Source: Candidatus Poribacteria bacterium
GTDB lineage: Bacteria > Poribacteria > WGA-4E > WGA-3G
Assembly: GCA_963663765.2 (NCBI GenBank)
Contig: CAXXUA010000013.1
Span: forward strand, 544,001 to 608,000
DNA length: 64,000 bases
Direction: 5' to 3'
The notes under the pieces were generated by a model. It saw only the letters and a program-made list of their open reading frames with translations. It was not told the DNA's origin and searched no databases. How positions within the stretch are numbered: position 1 is the first letter of the stretch; every line of letters starts with the position of its first letter. Of the stretch, positions 30,789 to 39,478 are shown piece after piece. The translations under genes and the position numbers were made by a program.

Positions 30789-31404
30789 TATAGTAGGAGT
30801 TTTCAACCCAATTTTCCCTATCTACAGAAACATCAAAATGTTAACGTGTGTGATTAATCTGCAATTGAATGCCTCCAATTTGTGTATCCTTTCCTAATCG
30901 TGGAATTTTTTAGTTGTTTTTTTCGTGTTTTTTACATTTTTTTCATTAGTGTTCTCGATTCTATCGTGGTGTGGACTTATGAAGGTATTATGAATTTACG
31001 AAATATTGAAAAAAACAACTAAATGGATTTTTTATCGTTTTTTGTAGTTTATTTTTGTATCTGTTTTTGACTTGTCAGCTGCTTTTGTGTTCGTTGTTTT
31101 GTCTGTCTGTTATTTTAGTGCAACTTGTTTATTCAAGAGCAAAAGTTTGGAATTCATTTGTGTGTATAGGTAATATTATACCATTTTCATGTGATAATGT
31201 CTCATTATCAGCGGAAATCTGGTAGGAGCGACCTCACGGTCGCGACCTGGAGGTCGCTCCTACCAAAGAGAGTAACCCCCTGCCAGTAAACAGTAGAATT
31301 CCTTAATGATACAAGATTTATTTGAATTGGTATTATACCTTATGGTGGTATGGGTTTGCTGTGTTTTTTGTATTGAGAACAATAGAAATCATGTATAATC
31401 TATT

Positions 31405-31748
31405 CAATACCTTCGCCATTTTTGAGTGCTTCAGTTGAATGAGTATATAGTGTTGATCTACCATTGCTCTGTGATGTTGTTAGGATTACATAAATAAAAA
31501 TAACTTCAGGTTTTCGTTGAAGTATTTTTATTTATCATAGCGTCTAATTTGACGATAGAATCTGACAGAATAATTTATATGCACAATCTGGCAGAATGTG
31601 CTACAACTGACCGCACAATCTGGAAGAATGTGCTACAACTGACCGCACAATCTGGAAGAATGTGCTACAACTGACCGCACAATCTGGAAGAATGTGCTAC
31701 AACTGACCGCACAATCTGGAAGAATGTCTATTATTGGCGAAGGTATTG
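31405..31748. mobile_element. 344-bp MITE with 14-bp IRs and 7-bp target duplication
   Basis: CAATACCTTCGCCA / TGGCGAAGGTATTG; ATCTATT on both sides, single ATCTATT in the uninterrupted array units. Confidence 0.9.
31581..31727. repeat. 32-bp tandem repeat (4 full + 1 partial) of an inverted GTAG-type REP
   Basis: GCACAATCTGGAAGAATGTGCTACAACTGACC at 31581, 31613, 31645, 31677, 31709. Confidence 0.92.
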
Positions 31749-32774
31749 ATCTATTGTAATTATATTGTTGAAATGTCCTCCAACAAATATACTTCGTGAC
31801 AATTGAATACCTCGTGGACTGTGAGTAATACCATTTTCATGTGATAATGTCTCATTAGCAGCGGAAATCTGGTAGGGGCGACCTCACGGTCGCGACCGGG
31901 AGGTCGCTCCTACCGAAGAGAGTAACCCCCTGCCAGTAAACAGTAGAATTCCTTAATGAGACAAGATTTATTTGAATTGGTATTATACCTTATGGTGGTA
32001 TGGGTTTGTTGTGTTTTTTGTATTGAGAACAATAGAAATCATGTATAATCTATTCTAATTCTATTGTTGAAATGTCCTCCAACAAATATACTTCGTGACA
32101 ATTGAATACCTCGTGGACTGTGAGTAATACCATTTTCATGTGATAATGTCTCATTAGCAGCGGAAATCTGGTAGGAGCGACCTCACGGTCGCGACCGGGA
32201 GGTCGCTCCTACCGAAGAGAGTAACCCCCTGCCAGTAAACAGTAGAATTCCTTAATGAGACAAGATTTATTTGAATTGGTATTATACCTTATGGTGGTAT
32301 GGGTTTGTTGCATTTTTTGTTTTGAGAACAATAGAAATCATGTAGAATCTATTGTAATTCTATTGTTGAAATGTCCTCCAACAAATATACTTCGTGACAA
32401 TTGAATACCTCGTGGACTGTGAGTAATACCATTTCATGTGATAATGTCTCATTAGCAGCGGAAATCTGGTAGGAGCGACCTCACGGTCGCGACCGGGAGG
32501 TCGCTCCTACCGAAGAGAGTAACCCCCTGCCAGTAAACAGTAGAATTCCTTAATGAGACAAGATTTATTTGAATTGGTATAAGTATCTTGTGTTCTGAAT
32601 ATCGTATGAAGCAGATTACGCGGAGAAGATACATGCCACTGTTTGTATTGACGAGGTTATGCGTATCCTAAGCAATAAATCCTGATGTAGATAACATATC
32701 CGCGTTTTCCGTGTAATCTACGCAATCCGCGATTCAGTAAACCAAAAACTTACACAGTCTAAACACCAATTCTT

Positions 32775-32803
32775 TTGACAACTTCCGTGTGATATGGTAT
32801 TAT
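32775..32803 (+). promoter_or_regulatory. sigma70-type promoter just outside the tnpB element's left end
   Basis: TTGACA-17 nt-TATTAT with TG at the extended -10 position. Confidence 0.55.
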
Positions 32804-32852
32804 ACAAACATATCAGAATTGCATATATTGCCAAGTAAATTATGCCATTTAT

Positions 32853-34275
32853 AAAGAATCACGACAAAACCCCTACCTTTAGGTAGTGGGATGTAGTCGT
32901 GCTAAGTGCTTGTGTCAAGAAAAAACTTGATTTTTGGTTTAAAACATGAGATACTCATTATACCAGTTCAGTGTAGGTGCTACTAACGCCTACACACCTT
33001 ATATTAGAGGGAACTGACATCTTCATAGGACTGGAATATCATCATGCTAAAAACACATAAGATTGCATTGAATCCAAATAACAATCAGCGAAAATGGTTT
33101 GCACAACAGTGTGGCTATGCGAGATTTGCATATAATCATGCATTAGCAGATTTCAAGTCTGCATTGGCAAATGATGAGTTCTTATCCGCTGCGAAGTTAA
33201 ACACTCGATTTAATATTGCTAAGAAAGCACATGCTTGGACTAAAGATATGGATCAGGTTGTAGCCAATAAAAGCATATTTGGTAACTTGTCTGCTGCACT
33301 TGCGAATTGGGTTGGTAAGCGTGCGAGATTTCCGAAGTTCAAGAAACGTGGCAAAAAGGACGCATTCACCACAAATAATCAATCTGTAGAAGTTGAAGGC
33401 AAGCGTATCAAACTTCCTAAGATTGGTTGGATTAGAATGTTTGAATCATTGCGTTTTGTGGGTAAGATTATGAAAGTGACGATCTCAAGGACAGCACATC
33501 GTTGGTTTGTATCTATCACCATAGAAACAGAGGACACCGAAGCAGTTGATAATTCAACGCACCCTGTGATTGGTGTAGATGTAGGCATTAACACACTTGC
33601 CACATTGAGTGATGGCACGAAATATGATAATCCAAGACCCCTGAAACGATATGAAAAGAAGTTAGCAAGAGAACAACGTAGATTAAGTAGAAAAGTTTTC
33701 AAGTCTAACAACTGGTTCAAACAAAAACACAAGTTAGAACGTATCTACTATCGTATCGCTTGTATCCGAAACGATGCACATCATAAAGCAACTACAGAGA
33801 TTGTCAACCTTGCATCTGTGATCGGTATTGAGACACTCAAGGTTACTAATATGCTGAAGAACAGAAACCTCGCAAAAGCATTGTCAGATACAGCATTAGG
33901 CAGTTTCCTGCTAAAACTCAAGACAAAAGCAGAAGTGCACGGTATACCTGTCAAAGAAGCAGATCAGTTCTTTGCAAGTAGTAAAACCTGTTCCGGTTGT
34001 GGACACAAAAAGAAAGACCTTACACTTTCAGAAAGAATGTATCACTGCAGTCAATGTGATATGTCTATAGATAGAGATGTCAACGCTGCAATAAACTTGA
34101 AACCAACTACGGTGGGACACACCGAAAGTCACGCCTGTGGAGTGCAAATAAGACCCAACGCTGTTCAGGAAAGGGCACGAGACACGGAAGCAGGAAAAGT
34201 CGTTTGGAAACAACTCAAACCGTTTCCAATATAAGAACTAAGAACCCCCATGCTTTAGCTTGGGGAGTATGTCAG
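32853..34275 (+). mobile_element. tnpB-only (IS1341-type) IS200/IS605-family element
   Basis: Left hairpin AAAA-CCCCTACCTTTAGGTAGTGGG after TTTAT; right hairpin GAAC-CCCCATGCTTTAGCTTGGGG-AGTATG-TCAG; no tnpA inside. Confidence 0.85.
33044..34234 (+). CDS. tnpB: RNA-guided endonuclease TnpB
   Basis: N-terminal HTH (HKIALNPN...CGYARFAYN), RuvC I GVDVG, RuvC II IETL, zinc finger CSGCG/CSQC, RuvC III DRDVNAA; all catalytic residues present. Confidence 0.95.
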   Translation: MLKTHKIALNPNNNQRKWFAQQCGYARFAYNHALADFKSALANDEFLSAAKLNTRFNIAKKAHAWTKDMDQVVANKSIFGNLSAALANWVGKRARFPKFKKRGKKDAFTTNNQSVEVEGKRIKLPKIGWIRMFESLRFVGKIMKVTISRTAHRWFVSITIETEDTEAVDNSTHPVIGVDVGINTLATLSDGTKYDNPRPLKRYEKKLAREQRRLSRKVFKSNNWFKQKHKLERIYYRIACIRNDAHHKATTEIVNLASVIGIETLKVTNMLKNRNLAKALSDTALGSFLLKLKTKAEVHGIPVKEADQFFASSKTCSGCGHKKKDLTLSERMYHCSQCDMSIDRDVNAAINLKPTTVGHTESHACGVQIRPNAVQERARDTEAGKVVWKQLKPFPI

Positions 34276-34295
34276 AAAGAATAAGATACCATTTG
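34100..34295 (+). ncRNA. putative TnpB omegaRNA/reRNA (scaffold ending at 34275, guide from 34276)
   Basis: Inferred from established TnpB biology: the scaffold overlaps the tnpB 3' end and right end, and the guide is the flank AAAGAATAAGATACCATTTG; 5' boundary not determinable. Confidence 0.55.
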
Positions 34296-34423
34296 TCGGG
34301 GAGTTCTTGTTGAGATGTTACCCTGGTCGTGACAAGAATGTCGCTCCTACCTGTTTAGTGAGTAATTAATTCTATAATCTACCATAATATTCAACCAATT
34401 TTACATAACAAAAGGAGTAAAAA

Positions 34424-37039
34424 ATGCAACGATTATTCACAATTTGGATCTGTATTATCTTAACTTGTGGTTTCTGTATACCAATAATAGCACAAGAGAC
34501 AAAGGAAGCAAAACCAGGTCCACAACCTGCAGCTTCAAAACAAAAGAAGGAATATGAAGACTTTAGTAAAGTAATAGAAGATAGTGAGAGTTATCAAGGA
34601 TATTTCAAACTCTACAAGAAAAAAGAGAACCTTTATTGCGAAATACAACCGTCCCAATTAAACAAACCTTTTCTGTGTATGACAAGCATTGCTCGTGGTT
34701 TAGGCACAGGATATCTGCTTTCAGGTATGACAATGGAAGAGTGGCTGCTTGAATGGCGACGTGTTGGTGATAAAGTCCATCTTGTACGCAAGAATGTCCG
34801 TTTTCGCGCTGATAAAGGCACACCAATAGCAGAAGCAGTAGACTTAGGTTATCGCGATTCAATCCTTTTCGCACTCAAACTTGAGAGTGTTCATCCACAG
34901 CGAAAAAGTTTGTTAGTTAATATTTCACCTGTTTTCATGTCAGATTTAGTGCCTCTGGCAGGTCAAATAGGCGGCGGTGCTCGTTTCGACAAAGGACGTA
35001 GCACATGGGGATCAATAAAAGGATTTCCAAAAAATGTAGAATTGAGAGTAGATGCTGTTTATTCTGCAAGCGGCAGCCGTGAAACGATCCCCGATAGCCG
35101 TGGTATTCAGTTATCTGTTCATTACAGTCTTGCGCAACTTCCTAACAACACCTATCAACCCAGATTAGCTGATGATCGTATGGGGCATTTCATGACGACC
35201 GTCAAAGACTTCTCGCTGAAAACCAGCGAAGAGCCCTTTATTCGTTATGTCAATCGTTGGCATCTGGAGAAGGCAGACAAAAATGCCAAACTTTCTCCTC
35301 CAAAAGACCCAATTGTCTTTTACATTGAGAAAACTGTACCACACCGTTTCCGTCCTTATGTCCGTCAAGGTATCTTGGAATGGAACAAGGCATTTGAAAA
35401 AGCAGGATTCATTGATGCAATTGAAGCCCGTATTCAACAAGATCATGAAGACTGGGACCCAGAAGATGCACGCTATAATACGATTCGTTGGGTTGTTGGT
35501 GCGTCCTTTGCAATTGGACCCTCGCGTGTGAATCCGCTAACAGGACAAATTCTGGATGCGGATATCCTTGTCGGTGAAAGTTGGATCAGGTCATGGATGC
35601 GTGAATACACAACCTTCTTTGAGGAAGTAGAACATGAACGCGAACACCCAATTGAACATGACGCACGACATAACTGTCAGATGGCTACTGGGCTTGCACG
35701 TGAAATGGGTTTCATGGCGAGTGTACTTCAAGCGAGAGGCTTAATTGAAGATGGCGAACTTCCAGAGGAATTTATCGGACAAGCACTCAAAGCACTAATT
35801 ATGCACGAAGTCGGACACACTTTGGGAATACGGCACAACTTTAAAGCAAGCACGATATATACACTTGACGAACTGAACAAAAAGACAGGGAAAGCACTTC
35901 ACGGTTCCGTGATGGAATACGATGCGGTCAATATTGCTGCAGAAGGTGAAAAACAGGGAGATTATTACACAACGACATTAGGTCCCTGGGACCACTGGGT
36001 AATTGAATACGCATATAAACCCATCGGTGGCAACAAACCTGAAGCAGAATTGCCAGAGCTGCAGAAGATCGCATCACGGGCAGCGACCTCAGAACTGAGA
36101 TTTGCAACTGATGGTGATGCTTCCATGTATCAATATCGCGACCTTGACCCATTAGTCAATCGTTGGGACCTGGGTGCGGACCCACTTAATTTTGCGAAAC
36201 AACGTCAAGCAATCGTAGCTGATCTTTGGGACGAGATTGCAGACAAAGTCACTACAGATGGCATGGGTTACCAACGCGTCCGACGTGCATTTAGGTCGCT
36301 ACTGGGGCAATATAGCCGTGCCATGTTCCTTGCAACACGGTTCATCGGTGGACAATACCATCATCGGGACCATAAAGGAGATGAAAATGGTCGTTTACCT
36401 TATGTACCAGTTCCTGCAAAGAAACAACGTGAAGCACTTAATTTCATTAAAGAACATGCGCTTTCTGACAAAACTTTTGATTTTCCACCCAAGCTGCTCA
36501 ACAGCATTGCAATAACACGATGGAGTGATTGGGGGACAAGCAGTAATAATTCGTCACGTTTGGATTACCCAATCCATGATGTTATATTACGGAATCAGAA
36601 CCAAATTTTGGGAAGGTTACTTGATCCAAATGTGCTTGCACGTGTGCAAGATACCGAGTTGAAGTTTTCTGACGAAGATGTATTCACAATGCCGGAACTC
36701 TTTACGGGTATTACGGACGCTGTCTGGGTAGAACTTGACAAGAATGCAGACGCACAGCAGTGGACAAACACAGATGCGTTTATATCCAGTTTCCGTCGCG
36801 GTTTGCAGCGCGAACACTTGAAGCAGCTCATTAAATTGGTATTAGACGCTGATAGTGGCACACCTGAAGATGCAAGATCGCTTGCACGGCTACATCTAAA
36901 ACAGATCAATACGCGTATCAAGAGTGTGATACAAAATACAAAAGATAAGTTGGATGATTACTCAATTGCACACCTTGAAGAATCACAAGTGCGTGTTGAG
37001 AAGGCATTAGATGCGAACTTCACTGTTGAGAAGCGTTAA
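34424..37039 (+). CDS. secreted zinc-dependent metalloprotease (metzincin, EcxA/DUF4953-like)
   Basis: Signal peptide; PRLADDRMGHF, WNKAFEKAGF, NPLTGQIL, HEVGHTLGIRHNF, SVMEY Met-turn. Confidence 0.92.
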   Translation: MQRLFTIWICIILTCGFCIPIIAQETKEAKPGPQPAASKQKKEYEDFSKVIEDSESYQGYFKLYKKKENLYCEIQPSQLNKPFLCMTSIARGLGTGYLLSGMTMEEWLLEWRRVGDKVHLVRKNVRFRADKGTPIAEAVDLGYRDSILFALKLESVHPQRKSLLVNISPVFMSDLVPLAGQIGGGARFDKGRSTWGSIKGFPKNVELRVDAVYSASGSRETIPDSRGIQLSVHYSLAQLPNNTYQPRLADDRMGHFMTTVKDFSLKTSEEPFIRYVNRWHLEKADKNAKLSPPKDPIVFYIEKTVPHRFRPYVRQGILEWNKAFEKAGFIDAIEARIQQDHEDWDPEDARYNTIRWVVGASFAIGPSRVNPLTGQILDADILVGESWIRSWMREYTTFFEEVEHEREHPIEHDARHNCQMATGLAREMGFMASVLQARGLIEDGELPEEFIGQALKALIMHEVGHTLGIRHNFKASTIYTLDELNKKTGKALHGSVMEYDAVNIAAEGEKQGDYYTTTLGPWDHWVIEYAYKPIGGNKPEAELPELQKIASRAATSELRFATDGDASMYQYRDLDPLVNRWDLGADPLNFAKQRQAIVADLWDEIADKVTTDGMGYQRVRRAFRSLLGQYSRAMFLATRFIGGQYHHRDHKGDENGRLPYVPVPAKKQREALNFIKEHALSDKTFDFPPKLLNSIAITRWSDWGTSSNNSSRLDYPIHDVILRNQNQILGRLLDPNVLARVQDTELKFSDEDVFTMPELFTGITDAVWVELDKNADAQQWTNTDAFISSFRRGLQREHLKQLIKLVLDADSGTPEDARSLARLHLKQINTRIKSVIQNTKDKLDDYSIAHLEESQVRVEKALDANFTVEKR

Positions 37040-37068
37040 ATTCGTTTGTTTGTTGTTTTGTTTGAATG

Positions 37069-37098
37069 TGTAGGCGCGCTGATATAGCGCGCCTAACA
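37069..37098. terminator. hairpin (terminator or REP-derived) after the metalloprotease gene
   Basis: TAGGCGCGCT-GATAT-AGCGCGCCTA stem-loop. Confidence 0.5.
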
Positions 37099-37153
37099 AC
37101 ACCCTATTGTCATAAGTCATAACTACCGCAATTCGTGAAGGAGATAAGGTATA

Positions 37154-39214
37154 ATGAAAACATTACACCATCTCATCATCACCATAGCCTTCTTTCTTTT
37201 GTTCTCTCTGCAAATATCCTCTGCACAAGATACCGCAAAATCACATTTGCCAGAAGGTGCAAAACTCCGTATTGGGAAAGGGACATTGGGTGAAATCGCT
37301 TATTTTCCTGATGGCACGCGGTTTGCGGTTGCAACTTCAATTGGTGTTTGTGTATATGACTCGCTCAATGGAAATGTTTTGTACCAACTTAAAGATCCCG
37401 CCAAATCTGTGTACGGCATCAACAGTGTCAGTTTTACTCCTGATGGCGAGACAATCGTTACCGAGGGCCCAAATGCAGATATTCTTTTGTGGAATGCAAA
37501 TTTAGGAAGTTTAAAACAAACTTTTACCGACAGTGAAATGCGACTCTATTCCCCAGTTTTTTTACCTGATGGAAAGTTGATTGCGGTACAGTGTTCAGAA
37601 AAACACTCATACGAGACTAAGACTCTCCGAATATATGATGTCCAAACTGCTGAACACTTGTACATATTGACCATACCTACTAATCGTTTTGATATCCGAT
37701 TTTCTTTCAACAAAAAGGTTTTAGCAACTTGGAGTAATTTTACCGATAGCGTAGGTGAAGTAAGTCTTTGGGATATTAAAACTGGAAAGGAAATTAAAAC
37801 TATTTATGCACATGAGCATAGTATTACCAGTGTCTGTTTTTCTCCCGATGGGAAAACTCTCCTAACAAGTGGGTTGGATAAAACTGCGCGTTTATGGGAT
37901 GTTGACACGGGTGAACACCTAAACTCCCTCACTCATGAAAATTCTGATGATTTCTCCTCTATCCGCTTTTCATCAGATGGAGAGACTATAGTTACTACTG
38001 ATTCATCCGATGGTTCGGTGCGTATCTGGGCAGTAAATACCGGACAATACTTAAAGAGTTTTTTTGGACTGACGGAAGGTAAAGCTTCTTGTGTATGCTT
38101 TTCTCCAAATGGAAAAATTATCGCTGCCTCTGGGACTGACGGTACGATACTTCTATGGTCTACTAACACGGCTCAACAACTGATAAGACTTATTGGACAT
38201 GAGGGACAAGTTAACACGGTTTCCTTTTCTCCTGATAGCATGACTATTCTTAGCAAGGGAACAGACAACACAGTACGCCTCTGGAATGCAATTACAGGAC
38301 AACTTATAATAACTCTGAATGGGTACACGAACAGTGTCAATGCACTTGCCTATTCTCCTGATGGGAAGATATTTGTGAGTGGGAGTTCTCTCAATAACGT
38401 TAGTTTATGGGATGCAAATTCAGGACACCTTTTGAAAGCTTTGAAAGGTCATGCCGCTGCTATCAAGAGCGTATGTTTTTCTCCAGATGGAAAAACTATT
38501 GCCACTGGAAGTTCCGACAAAACTATCAGGTTATGGAATGTTAGCACGGGAGAGCATATAAAAACAATTACTGGACTTGATAGGAGCATCAATAGTGTTA
38601 GTTTTTCTCTGGATGGACAAACACTTGTAGGCTACTCTCGGTATAGTAAAGTATATTTTTGGAACGTAAACACTGGACAACAAATAAAAACACTAAACGG
38701 AGATTTGGTCTCACCTGATGGAAAAACACTGATATTGGTTGAACACTTTACTGCTGAAGATGGTTGTGTTGAAGGTGGTGATAGTTTCCTGTACCTTTCT
38801 GATATTGATACAGAAGAATTCCTAAGTAAAATTACATATTCGGGTAATTTATCTGTTGAGTGTTTTTCGCAGAACGGTAAATGGTTTGCCACCTTTGATG
38901 AATACAATTCAACGGTAGAAATATGGGATGTTACTTCTGGGCATGTTATTAATAGTCTTAGGGGGCATGTGAGTCTTCCTTACTATGGTGTAGGTAATAT
39001 TGTTGTAGTACGCTTTTCTCCAAATGGAAAAACTATTGCTACGGCAAGTAGTGTGGATGCAACAGTAATAATATGGAATCCCAACTCTGGAGAACGTCTC
39101 AAAACACTCACTGGACATACAGGTGGGATTAGTTCAATTGCATTCAGTCCAGACGGAAAAACACTCGCCAGTGGTAGTATGGACGGAACAATATTATTAT
39201 GGGAAGTTCCATAA
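37154..39214 (+). CDS. secreted WD40-repeat protein
   Basis: Signal peptide, HLPEGAKLRIGKG leader, multiple FSPDG...WD/WN repeats, ends LLWEVP. Confidence 0.92.
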   Translation: MKTLHHLIITIAFFLLFSLQISSAQDTAKSHLPEGAKLRIGKGTLGEIAYFPDGTRFAVATSIGVCVYDSLNGNVLYQLKDPAKSVYGINSVSFTPDGETIVTEGPNADILLWNANLGSLKQTFTDSEMRLYSPVFLPDGKLIAVQCSEKHSYETKTLRIYDVQTAEHLYILTIPTNRFDIRFSFNKKVLATWSNFTDSVGEVSLWDIKTGKEIKTIYAHEHSITSVCFSPDGKTLLTSGLDKTARLWDVDTGEHLNSLTHENSDDFSSIRFSSDGETIVTTDSSDGSVRIWAVNTGQYLKSFFGLTEGKASCVCFSPNGKIIAASGTDGTILLWSTNTAQQLIRLIGHEGQVNTVSFSPDSMTILSKGTDNTVRLWNAITGQLIITLNGYTNSVNALAYSPDGKIFVSGSSLNNVSLWDANSGHLLKALKGHAAAIKSVCFSPDGKTIATGSSDKTIRLWNVSTGEHIKTITGLDRSINSVSFSLDGQTLVGYSRYSKVYFWNVNTGQQIKTLNGDLVSPDGKTLILVEHFTAEDGCVEGGDSFLYLSDIDTEEFLSKITYSGNLSVECFSQNGKWFATFDEYNSTVEIWDVTSGHVINSLRGHVSLPYYGVGNIVVVRFSPNGKTIATASSVDATVIIWNPNSGERLKTLTGHTGGISSIAFSPDGKTLASGSMDGTILLWEVP

Positions 39215-39478
39215 TCGAGGGTTGAATTTACTGAAGAAACATTTTGAAAAATAACAAGTGCGTGTAGAAAAAGTTATAGATGCAGGTTTCCAAGTACAGA
39301 AACGTTAGAAATGACTTCGGATCGGATTAGTAAAACCTAAAAAGATCTGAACACCCCTGGTGAATCAACGCCAAATGAGCTTTTTGTCATTTATCGGGTG
39401 CGGTTTCCTAACAGCACCTACCACAGTGTCCAACTAATTATAGATTCCACATATTATATATCCAAAAGGAGCACCGTC

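Larger units (their letters stand above)
29742..31182. repeat. ~420-bp dispersed non-coding element, copy B (interrupted by IS982)
   Basis: With IS982 and one target copy removed, it aligns with the reverse complement of 2053-2471; sub-element GGCATTCAATTG...CAATTGAATGCC. Confidence 0.75.
31179..32579. repeat. 299-bp tandem array containing four copies of a 154-bp REP-carrying MITE
   Basis: MITE copies 31179-31332, 31829-31982, 32128-32281, 32427-32579; imperfect IRs TACCATTTTC...TGTCTCATTA / TAATGAGACA...GAATTGGTA; internal GGTAGGAGCGACC...GGTCGCTCCTACC hairpin. Confidence 0.9.

Noticed and set aside
31581-31727. Mini-CRISPR or iteron array
   Set aside because: Head-to-tail 32-mers with no spacers, inside a MITE; no rep gene nearby
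32853-33043. tnpA or IS607 resolvase upstream of tnpB
   Set aside because: Only about 190 bp, with no HUH or serine-recombinase ORF
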